Source of the DNA: the human T2T-CHM13v2.0 reference genome, Homo sapiens
Strand: one strand, 5' to 3'
Assembly (NCBI RefSeq): GCF_009914755.1
Contig: NC_060926.1
DNA length: 64,000 nucleotides
Below, piece by piece: positions 32,953 through 43,352 of this stretch (positions within the stretch are counted from its first letter, which is position 1; every line of letters starts with the position of its first letter). The notes below the pieces were generated by a model. It saw only the letters and a program-made list of their open reading frames with translations. It did not search any database and was not told where the DNA came from. Both the position numbers and the translations under genes were made by a program.

Positions 32953-35900
32953 CTGAAACACAGAGTGAACACGGGACGCTCAGTTCTGGCCCCTTAGCTG
33001 AGAAATCCTAGCAGGCAGGGTGGTTCTAGAACCTTTCCTCCCCTTCTCCCAGCAGCTTGAGGGATGTTCCCCTACCTCCGCCACCCCCCCAACCAGGCCT
33101 TCCTGCAGAGGGGAGGAGCCCCCCATTGCGCACTCCCCAGGCCCCTTCTGCTTTGCTGCCCCAGTACAAGTGGAACCAGCGTGTCTGCAACACTCCTTCT
33201 TCCCCCAGTCTAACCACAGGCCTTGCCCTTGGCACTCAGGGAAGCGCAGTGAGAGAAAGAGAATGGAAAATCTCCCATCCCTTTTTTGCTACAACGCAAA
33301 CCCTCAGTCAGTGCTCGCCCGGGGTTCGTGTGTCTGAGTGACCATGGATGGAAGGAGAAGAGAGACATCTCAGGATCAGGAATCCTGGGCTCAAATCTCT
33401 ACTCTGACGTTGGGTCCCTGGATGACCCTGGATAGCTGGGAGTGTTCACCCATAAAATTGGATAATAGCCACCTCCTAGGGCTGGCTTTCAGATTCAACA
33501 GGGAGCCTCGGATCGGGCATCGGCAGTGTCTGGGTCACAGCTGCCACCCAGTAAACAGCACCTCCTTCCCTAGCTGGTTGTGCAGAGGAAAGGGTCTGGG
33601 TCCAGGTCCCCTTCAGGAGCAGAGGAAATGGTGTCTCACACCAGCCTTGGGGAAATGCACAGTCATGGGCTCTGAGTGTTGTTAGGGTAAACTCTCTGCT
33701 AATGGGTGTGTGGGTGCCCCGGGGCCCAAGGAAGGTGGCCTTCAGGGGCGTTCAGTGCCCTCCCAAAGGACAGCATGCACAGAGGGGACCTGGGCCAGAA
33801 TGGCTTGATGAACCCTCCCCCACTCCCTTCTCTGGCTCTGCCGTGAGTTTACACAGATGACAGCTGTCTGTGATGTTGCTGGGCCCCAGGGGCAAAGTGT
33901 TCATTCAGGTTTCACCTACACCCAGTCTCTGTCATTAGCATTTTACAATGAATACCTAGAACCATCAACCACCATCATTACGGTGGCTTAGAGCCCAGGT
34001 CACCCACTGCGTGGAGAAACAGCCACAACCTCAAAGAGTTTTCATTAATGTGAAAAATCTAAGCTGTCTTTCTCTTTACGCCCAGTGATATATCCTGGGC
34101 ATCGTCACCAGGAGCCTGCAGGAATGATGTTCTGCTCTCTCACTGGGAATGGGGGGCAGTGAGGGTGGGGTTTTTATTTTTCATTTAAAAAATCCCAAAT
34201 AATAAATCCACACCGCCCTTCCCAAATAATAATAAAACAGCTGGTGTTGGGTGTAAGCCGGTGTTGAAGGTGTCGACGGTAAGTGTTCATCTATGCTAAG
34301 AGAGCTGGTAGGAGATTATTGAACCCCCCTGATCAAAGGGGTCGAGAATTCTTAACAATGTGGATTCCTCCTACACAGCATCTTTCACCACCCGTTTGGC
34401 CATCACTTGGTGACCACAGACAGCCAGGCCCAAGAACAAAGCCCCTGTGGGGATGCGCATTCCAGGTACGAACCAATGGAGAGTCACTAACATTTGCTCA
34501 GGTTCTAAAGTTTGAACTTGATGCTTAAATCAAACTGAAAATTTGAGGCCTCAGACTCCGTCTCTTTGTTGTTTAGACAGGAGAGAAGAGAGCAAAGGCA
34601 TTCCAAGGGTAGCTACTGAAGGCTGGTCCCCAAGTGTCAGAATCATTCTTCTCCCTGTGCAGGGGAGAGTCAAGATCACAGACAACTACAGCCTTTGCAG
34701 AACTGGGGAGAGGCCCACAGCCGAGTGAGGTCTGGCTGCAAAGAGAGGAAGGGCACTGGTTAAAACCTCGGGCAGGTGGGAGTGGCCATGGGCCAGGGTG
34801 TGCTGGTTTCTCTGGTCATTGACAAATATTTCCACGAGTCTGTTCGGGGTGCAGTGGGTCCTAGAGTGCCTTAGGCCAGCACTTCGCCCTTAAGCTGTTC
34901 AATATGGAGAGGTGAATGGGTTCACAAACTGTGAAAAAGTGTTCTGTACTGTAAAAAAGAGACAGTGTGCTGGACAGGCGCTCTTGTTTCCCTCCGGGAG
35001 AAGATCCGACACTGACAAGGGTTTCTGGGGAGGAGACAGCAGCTTGCCCGTAGCCTGGGATGGGACAGTCAAGGTGTGGGACAGGCAGTGGCAGCTGCTG
35101 AGCTGGAGGCAAGAAAGCGAGAAAGCCAGGTAAGCCTGATCCTAACGCACATGACTGTCAATGTCAGAGGCTGGGATGTTATTCAGTGGGCACGGGCAGG
35201 CGGCAGGAATAGAGAGGAGGGAAAGAGGAGAGGTGAGGCTCTCTGCAGCAGTAAATTACCACCACGCGGCACCCGGCAGGGGGTGGCGGTAGGGCAGAGG
35301 TTTCCAGCCCTAGTGCGGGGTGAGACCCCACACCAGAAACGGAGCCCAGAGCACCGGTTGGGTCGGGACAGGGTTGGTGAGGGACTCTGGGACGTGTTGA
35401 GTTCGAGGCTGGGGCAAATAATATTTACTTTAGTGTCTTTCCTATTCCCTGAAATAGTGCCACAAGCACTGAGATTCACCCCCGAAGCCACCAGGCTGCA
35501 GCTGCCTCAGGACCCTGGACAGACCAGTTTGCCCACTGCCTGGGTTTAGAGAAGGGACAGGAATCGGAGTGTCCCAGGCAGAAGGGCGCTCTGACAGTGC
35601 CAGCAGAGGGCTACTCTCACTACAGGGGGCATGGTGGCCAGCAGATGATCGATGTCCCCTGGACTTGTGGGTGTAACCTTCCTTCTCTGCTCCCACAAAC
35701 CCATGATCTCCTCTCAATCCCCCCACCAGCTGGCCAATAGGGGCCAGTGCTGCTAGTTCAGCTACGGTTCAGGGGTGGGTGAGACACCACCAAGCCTGTT
35801 TCTGCTTCTCCAGAAGAAGCCAGGTGGGTTCAACCAGGCTGAGCCGTTTCTGACCTTGCCAAAGTTCCCCGATCACGTTATCCTTCGCTTTCTTTGTCTG

Positions 35901-36041
35901 TAAAGTGGGATAATAAAGGGGGCGGCTGGCAAACGCCTAGCACAACTTGAGCAAAGGCGGCTCGCGCGCCTCCGAAGGCTGGCTGGGCGGCGGGCGGTCC
36001 CGGGCCGGGCTGGGGCTGGGCGTCGGGTGGGCCGTACTCAC
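32953..36041 (-). other. NPPC: NPPC intron 2 (in 3'UTR, 3089 nt)
   Basis: Consensus donor GCG|GTGAGTAC 20 nt after the stop codon; acceptor GTTCACTCTGTGTTTCAG|GATCGG at 32953/32952. Confidence 0.88.
33370..33560 (+). mobile_element. MIR in NPPC intron 2
   Basis: cctgggctcaaatct...cataaaattggataatagccacct motifs. Confidence 0.6.
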
Positions 36042-36043
36042 CG

Positions 36044-36058
36044 CCGCCAGGGGGCGCC
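36044..36058 (+). promoter_or_regulatory. CTCF consensus motif
   Basis: CCGCCAGGGGGCGCC matches the CTCF core consensus; binding not demonstrated. Confidence 0.55.
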
Positions 36059-36061
36059 GCA

Positions 36062-36352
36062 CTAACATCCCAGGCCGCTCATGGAGCCGATTCGGTCCAG
36101 CTTGAGGCCGAAGCAGCCCTTGGACAAGCCCTTCTTGTTGGCTCCTTTGTATTTGCGCGCGTTGGGGTGCTCTTGCAGAAGGCGAGCCCACGCTGCCCGC
36201 GACTTGGTGTCCACGCGCAGGTCCCGGAGCAGTCGCGACCGGTCGCCCTTGAGATTGGCGCCCCCGCCCCCGGGAGCCTTGTCGCCCTTCTTCTGACCGC
36301 CGCCCGCAGCCTGCGGCTCGGCCAGCTCCTCTGCCGGCGGGGTTCGCGGGAC
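36062..36352 (-). CDS. NPPC: NPPC coding exon 2 (proCNP including CNP-53 and CNP-22; total precursor 126 aa)
   Basis: Acceptor TCTTTCCTCGGACAG|GTC at 36353/36352; encodes [14 protein letters not shown]...[10 protein letters not shown]...[27 protein letters not shown]; natriuretic ring [17 protein letters not shown]; stop TAG at 36064-36062. Confidence 0.98.
   Translation of the reverse strand, partial: VPRTPPAEELAEPQAAGGGQKKGDKAPGGGGANLKGDRSRLLRDLRVDTKSRAAWARLLQEHPNARKYKGANKKGLSKGCFGLKLDRIGSMSGLGC
36065..36130 (-). other. NPPC: Mature CNP-22 coding segment (CNP-53 = 36065-36223, after the furin site RSRLLR)
   Basis: Last 22 codons [22 protein letters not shown] preceded by KK; matches established proCNP processing. 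Confidence 0.95.
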
Positions 36353-36796
36353 CTGTCCGAGGAAAGAGCGGGCAGGTGAAGGGACACGCGGCTGCAGCAC
36401 GGGGGACTCTGATGCTCCAGCCCCACGCGCCCGCCGGCGCGGGGTGTCCCTCCCAAGCCCAGAGCCGCCCCCACCGATGCCGGCCAGCTTGGCCCCGCAT
36501 CCACCTGCCACGCGGCCGCCTTCGCCGCTCCCTCCGGAAGCCCCCTGCCCTCCCTTTGCTGCTCGCCGGGCAGGCCACACTGGGGTAGGGGGCTGCGCAT
36601 GGGCCGATGTTCTCCGGAGGCTGGAGAAGTGGACCCCCGAATCCGCGCTTCGAGGGCTCCCCGGCTCTCGCCCACGCGCATCTCGGAGGAGACAGCCGCC
36701 TGCCTTCCCTCTCTCCTGGGTCCTGCGCGCCGCATTCTCCAAGCCCCCAGCCTCCCACGCCTCTCCCAGGCTCGGCGTCCCCACGACAGCACCCAC
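36353..36796 (-). other. NPPC: NPPC intron 1 (444 nt, GT-AG, phase 0)
   Basis: Donor GTGGGT at 36796; polypyrimidine tract and CAG ending at 36353. Confidence 0.96.
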
Positions 36797-36886
36797 CTTC
36801 GGCGGCGCCCCGGGCTTGGCTTCGGAGGGCCGGAGGGAGAGCAGCGTGAGCAGCAGGGCGCAGGCCAGCAGCTGGGAGAGATGCAT
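36797..36886 (-). CDS. NPPC: NPPC coding exon 1 (signal peptide plus start of propeptide, [30 protein letters not shown])
   Basis: ATG at 36886 in the context GGCACC-ATG-C; hydrophobic signal peptide; 90 nt ending AAG|GTGGGT donor (intron starts at 36796, phase 0). Confidence 0.98.
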
Positions 36887-37056
36887 GGTGCCGCTGGGGT
36901 CGAGGGGCGCACACGGGCGGCAGCGAGGGCGCGCAGGTCGGCGGGCAGACCAGCAGGGGGATGCGGAGCAGGCTGGCTGGGCTGCAGGGCGAGCAGGGTC
37001 CCAGTGCTGCGCGGCGCCGGCTGGGTGCGCTCTGAGCCCGTGACTCTGCTCGCGCC

Positions 37057-37115
37057 TTTATAATCCAACCTGCCGCTGATGTCATCCTCCCGCCCACCGG
37101 GCCGCCCGGGCCAAT
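37057..37115 (-). promoter_or_regulatory. NPPC: NPPC core promoter: TATA box, CRE-like site, two GC boxes, inverted CCAAT (Y-box)
   Basis: TATAAA 37062-37057; TGACATCA 37084-37077; GGGCGGG 37095-37089; GGGCGG 37107-37102; CCAAT on the plus strand at 37111-37115. Matches the described CNP promoter architecture. Confidence 0.9.
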
Positions 37116-40100
37116 GACACCACGCACGCGGCCGCGCCGAGGGCCGGGAGGGGGCCGCGGGGGCTCCCCTCCCTTATCCCACCCCGGAGGGATCCCGCGG
37201 CTCGGCGGGCTCGCTCCAGGCTGCACTTGGAGCTGCAGAGCTGAGCGCACAGGGGAACTCCATTTGCAGCGAGCGCGCGCCCTGGCCTGCCGAGCATCGG
37301 TGCGCCTGGTGCCCTGTGCACCCACTAGGTCCTCATCGCACTCACTCTACCTGGAAGGGATACGTAGCCCTCTTTGCAGGTGCAAAGACAGGCTCAGAGG
37401 AATGAAGTCACTTGCCCAAAGTCATACAGGCAGAAAGTTGGCGCTGCCCGAAATCCACGCAGCCCTGCTTGTCGCCAAACTCTTCCCTGGGCACCTGACA
37501 GCCGCGGGATGGCATTGCAGCTCCGCCTTTCACCTGCCGGTCAGGGCGGGAGCGCAGACCACAGCGACGTCGTTAGGTTGGGGAGGCAGAGGATGGGGTT
37601 GGAGGACTGGGGTGGGAGGCGCAGGGAGAGCGGGGTTCGCCTGGGCCGCAGGGGGGAGCGCAAGTCTTCCACACTGGAGAGTGCAGGGGTGTCGCCAGCC
37701 TGAGTGTTTGAGCGCAAGGCGGGAACGAGGGGACTGCGAGCGCGGAACCAAGATATTCATGCTCATGCGTGTGCTCCGCGGCATCGTATGCTCGCCAGTT
37801 ACTGCTCTAGGTTCACGTTCAGCCGGTTTCGGCCACACAGAACGTCCCGGGGTCTGACTCCGCTGGTGAACTCCCTCTGTGGGAACAATGCGCACCTGAC
37901 CTTGCCTGCACCCACGCGAGGATCCGCTGCTGGGGGAAGCCCGCTCCAGTATCCTGTGCACTTTCACAGGCTGGGGAGAGAGCTTCCTAGCCAGCGGCCC
38001 AGTCCAGCCTCTGCCAGCCGTGACAGGTGGTCAACTTCCCGTTTTTGACTGTAGAGAGGTCCCCGTGGCTCTCGGGACATGGCCACATATCCCTACCACT
38101 CACGAACTTGCTCTCCTTGCACTGGGCTTCTCGGTCCCTTGGACACTAAGGAGTGTGGTGGGCATTTGGGCACTGCGGTGTGGGCCGCAGAGGCGGAGAG
38201 CCCAGATCCCCCGAATTGATTGAAGAGCAGGAATCTATGACTGGCTGCTGCTGAGCAGGACGCAGGCTGGAGAGAGAACAAATGTTGCCGCAGGAGTGCA
38301 GTGGCTGTCCCCAGGCGTGAAGGCGATTCTGGGGAGACAGTAGCCCAGACGAGATTTTCCAGGGAGAGGAAGCTGTGCCTGAGGCAGGAAGGCAACTGGA
38401 GTGAAGAGGGGCTTGGAGAACCAGGTTCCCTCCAAGCCTCCCTCTTCCCTCCGTGGTAGTGAGCCTGGTCCCAGAGCTGCTAAGGCGGCCGCATCATGGT
38501 CTGCTCTGTCGGCACCTTTCTCAGGCTACCCCTTCCCACTCTCATACCCTGACTCACAACATTGGAGCAACCACTACACAGGTCACTTTGCTTAGGAAAC
38601 AGCTAACACCTGAGGTCTGAGTTTGGGGCAGCAAAGTTTCCTGATCTCCAGGAAGATCCAGACATCAACAGGGCACCTTCTGTGGATTCTGGTGAATTGA
38701 GTCACCACCTCCACGCAGCCCCCCAATTCCTCTCCGTGCTAACACCCATAGAGTGGCACCACTCTTTCATTTGAGGAGAAAGGAAGAGGAACTAGAAAGC
38801 AGTATAGGGAGGGGTATCCAGGTGGGCTGTGAAAGTTCCCTCTGCTTTTTGCCTGCTGTGCAAAGAAGGATGTTACCATCTGGAACTTCTCTGACACTTG
38901 CTTTCTTTATACCTGTTTAAAGAGTCAGGCAGAGCCACACAGACTGACTCTAGAGTCAAGCACTGGGCTGGTTTCCAGGGGCCAGCAGTACATCCTCTAA
39001 AGCCCCTTATTAAGGAAATCTTCCGCTGTTCATGGCTACTTCCTTCTGTCTGAACGTCCTTAGGTTGGTCCTTCCTGTCTTCTGTGTTCCTAGACACATT
39101 CGCGTCCAGGTGATTGACTATCTAGGTCTCCTCTCTGTTTGAACTTTGAGGCTAAATTAATAAAACTGACACCCCCAACCTACTGTGGCAGAGCCGATTC
39201 CCTGGACTCACCTTCCCATCTTTGGAAGGGAAATCTGGTGAGCTGCCACTCCTGACCACTGGGCGGTGGTCATCTGCAGAGGGAGGCTTCCCGGGGGGCA
39301 GGCTGTGGAGCAGCTTCTGCTTAGCTGGGGCCTGGGAGGCAGGGTGGGTAAGAGTCAGAGGCCTGGGCAGGAGGGGCCACCGGGAGGTGTGCCATCAGCA
39401 CATAACTGCCTTGGAGATGAAGGTTTCCCCTCTCCCTTTGCTTTCCTTGCCTGGGGAGCTGCAGAGGACGCCCACTCTTCCTCCTGAGCCTAGATTTGGA
39501 ACTCAGGTCCCTTTTTGTTGCTTTTCCCTTACGAAGTCTGCTTCTTCTGCCCCAGGCCCCAGGGGCATGGCCTGGGAAAGTTGAACTCACTGAGCAGCTG
39601 AATATGAGCTATTCAAGTCATTTTATTGACTGCTCAATTTTAAATTTCCTCCTAACGGCAAAAGAGGGAGAAAAGGCCCCAAGGCCGCGGTAATTCTGTA
39701 AGGAATCATGTCGTTCTCACTGATCTCGCTGATCTCCCGGTATCTACTGAGCATCCCTGAAGCCTGCAGGGTTCCATCCAGCCGGGAAGAACCCCCTAGC
39801 AGACAGACATGAGCTTTGTAGGCTGAAAAGGACAATGACAGGGAAGGGGACAGGTCAGGCTGAGGCCACCCAAGGAGGGCTCCTCCTCCAGCCTGGACTA
39901 GCAGGGTGGGCTTCCTGGAGAAGGAAAAGTCTGTGCTGAGCCTGGAAACACAGGAAGAGAAGGGAAGAGAAGAGGAAAACCTCGACAGAAAACCAGGCTA
40001 ACAGTGGAATGTACTAGAGTCAGGCCTAGAGGGGTGCTGTTTGAGAAAAACCAAATGAGAGGCCTCACCAAAGGGCAACACAGAGGGCAGGGGAGGCCGA

Positions 40101-40796
40101 TGAGACTGCAGAACCCCATGTGCCCAGACCTCGGGAGGGTGGAGTGCTTCAGGCAGGGGTGCCCAGAGGAGGCAGACTAGGGAGAGGCAATTCTAAGGTC
40201 GATGGTGTTCTGGAGGTGGGGGGTGTGATGGAGAGAGAGGAGCCTGCTGAGCTCTTGGGGGTGGGAAGGGCAAGTGAGCTTATTGGGGGTGCCTGAAGAT
40301 GAGGCAAGGGGAAGGGGGTCAGCTAGGTGTGGGGGAAGTGGGAGGGAGCAGGAAGTGGGAGGCAGAGCCAGCCTGAAGCATGCAGAGCCTTCAGTGTCAG
40401 AGAGTTGCATGGGCGAGTCCAGGGTATCAGCTCTGCCACAGTAGGCTGGGGGTATGCAGGGCCTTCAGCGTCGGAGAGTTGCATGGGTGGGACCATTTTC
40501 TCCCTTCTGGCCCTCTGAAGGGCGGGACCCCGTTTTGTGGGCCCCTTTTCACTCTTTCCCTCCTCCCAGAAGGGCAAGGTGCGACTCTGACACCTACTGG
40601 AGAGGGGCCCTTCCTTGGGACAGGCGATGTCTGGCCAGGAATCAGGATGTGATAGAAAATGAGAGTGGGCCCTGGTCAGGATGCCTGGTGGGAGAAAGGC
40701 GTGTGGAAGGGCTGCTGGGAGGCTGGGGAAGGAGCAGCTAAGACAGGACTGTCCAGCCTAGGTCCCCAGGAGGGAGGAACAGGAGCCCCGCGAAGC

Positions 40797-40811
40797 AGCG
40801 CCCCCTCCTGG
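40797..40811 (-). promoter_or_regulatory. CTCF consensus motif
   Basis: Minus strand reads (GG)CCAGGAGGGGGCGCT(GC). Confidence 0.5.
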
Positions 40812-43095
40812 CCCCAGGGCTGCAGGGGAGGGCTCTCAGGCACACTGGAGGGGAGGATTGCAGAGCCGCCCATCTGTTTCTCTGCAATTGTTTATCCCGG
40901 GGCCCCCTTCCAGCTGCATAATTTCTCAGAGAAGACACTAAACAGGCAGTGAGCGAGTCTTGAGGTCAGGCAGGGAAATTGCTGCGGGACACTGGCCAAG
41001 TCCCGTCACTGCTTTGGGCCCTCAGTTTCACCACCTGTAATTAGAAAAACACTGTCCTTGTCTTCTAGACAGGGCAGAGTGAATCTGGGGCCTGATAAGA
41101 GGCTTCCAACCTCTCCCTGGCCAAACACAGCAGGAGACAGCTGAGGCAGAAGAGAGATCTGAATGTCACTGCATGTCCACTCATACTTTTGGGTGAGAGG
41201 ACCCCCACAGCCCCCGAAACTCCCCAGGACTGTTTAGTGGTGCAGCCCCTCAGAGCACACAGAGGCCGGGGCATGGCCAGGTCTCCTTGAGCTTGGTACC
41301 TTCCTCCAGGAGTCCTGCACCCATGGCGCTGGACTGGAGTACTGGAGGAGATGGAGGCCAAGGAAGCGTCATTCATCCTTCACGGGCCAGAGATTCCAGG
41401 AAAGCTTAACCTCGTTGTACCATGAGTCTTTGACCCCAGGACACCCCCATCTGATGAGCCAGCTGCCCTCCTTCCCTTTCCCAGGGGTCCTGCCAGCACC
41501 TGCTCCAGATGGCCTCCAACCCCACTGTCCTACGCAGTCCATGACGTCAGAGTTCATTCCTCCTTTCCCCTGCTTGCCAAAAAGAAAAGACAGGTCCTCC
41601 ACAAATAGGCTCACTTCCCTGGGGGAATCAACAGCTCTCCATCTGGCTGTCAAAGGGCAGGTGAGTGGGGCAGTGAGAGGCTTCAGCCCTGAGAAAGTGA
41701 GCAGGATAGTGAGCAAGAGGGCCTCCCCAGCAGAAAAGAGCTCAGCACCCCAACCTCAGCTCAGAGCCTGCACCAGATGTTTGCAGAGCAAATGGATCTG
41801 CTGCCAAATTCTTGCCCTAGGGACAAAAGCTTGCCTTGGCTAGACTCTGGTAAAATGTTGGTCATATGGAGCTTTTCCAAGCAGTGAGCCGCTCTTTTCC
41901 TGCTCTGGGGGGTCCCTGCAGTGAGCCCGCCTTCTTGGTTTGTACCTGGAGGAGAATGTCTATTGTCTGGTCTTGGAGACCTTTTTTCAGATTTGATAGG
42001 GGCCACAGTCTTCAAGGAGGAGGGGGCTTCTCCCTATGGATAGAAGGGACCACCAAGTATCTTACAGAAGCCCCCTAACTTGGCACCTTCCCAGAAGGGA
42101 TCATGGAATGGACTTGCTAGGATCCAGGACCACCAGTCACCTCAAGGGAGCCGTGTCTCTGGATTTTCCAAGCCAGAGACTTCTCTGCAGACTTCTGCCC
42201 CGTGAGTGTGTCATCACCCGCTGCCTCCTGGTGAGCGGTCAATTTCTAAGATGAGAATGACCAGAAAACACTTGTAAGAAGCGGACATGACCAAGCCAGA
42301 TGCTGATGAGGGCTGGAGGGAACAAACTTTTTGCAATCTGGGCTCCACAGGGATTAGAAAACACTTTTAAGCCCAAAGCCCATAAATTGTTCAAAAAACC
42401 ACCATTATGCCTGTGTGAATTGTCTCTGGGCCCAGTGTGTAACCTTACACAACAAATGTTTCCCGAGGATTGCCCAAGGTGGTCCCTGATGTCCAGTGTA
42501 CACTTGGCAAGGAGAAGAAAGGTCGTTCTCCTGAAATGATGACCTGTTTTGTCTTGTGGGGGAAATAATTTATGAAATAAAATCCCAGCTTAGAGTCGTG
42601 TAGGGTTCAGAACTTCCCAGGAAGCAGCTGATTAAGGATGTCGATGTCCACAGAGGTGGTAAGGAGTAGAGGCGAGTGTCCATGTGACGTGAGCACGTGT
42701 CCATCCATGGTTGCTGCTGCCCGGCATCACAGCCCACTGGAGAAGTCGAATCATCATGTGCTTGCTTTCTCGGGCACCCTTGCAACCTGTGCCTGGGTAT
42801 GTGACCTGGACTGCCCCAATTCCGTTGCACCAGCCCTGAGTTTCAAATTGGGTGCCATCGTCTCAGAGAAGCCGGGTCTTCAGGGAATGCTCTGAATCAT
42901 ACTACAAGAGGAGTTCCTGGGCAGGGTGGTGGTGGCAGTAGGACCCACTGTTCTGTGACAGAGTTGTCATTGATAAAGGCTGGCACATAAAGGCTGGCCC
43001 CAATGGCTTGCACTGAGGTCCTCCCTCCACCTGATCCACACTTGATGTTGGCAACTGACCCTGGGTGAGTTATTCCCGAGCCTTCCTGACTGCTC

Positions 43096-43352
<257 letters not shown>

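Larger units (their letters stand above)
32450..37035 (-). other. NPPC: NPPC gene span (3 exons; TSS and 3' end approximate)
   Basis: TATA box at 37057-37062 implies a TSS near 37030; two GT-AG introns (36353-36796 and 32953-36041); AU-rich terminal exon. Confidence 0.88.
35920..37930. promoter_or_regulatory. CpG island covering NPPC exons 1-2 and promoter
   Basis: Very high GC content with dense CG dinucleotides (judged by eye), in contrast to CpG-depleted flanks. Confidence 0.9.

Noticed and set aside
35937-37325. 462-aa and 329-aa minus-strand ORFs overlapping NPPC as separate genes
   Set aside because: They are alternative frames of a GC-rich CpG island, start at or upstream of the TATA box, and give low-complexity Arg/Pro/Gly/Ala products with no recognisable domain.
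36444-37857. Plus-strand 199-aa and 247-aa ORFs antisense to NPPC and its promoter
   Set aside because: Explained by GC content; no splice or protein-family evidence.
40463-40480. RE1/NRSE-like appearance (TTCAGC...GGAGAG) in the 34-bp duplication, attractive because NPPA and NPPB are REST targets
   Set aside because: Lacks the ACC of the left half-site and has the wrong spacing relative to TTCAGCACCnnGGACAG.
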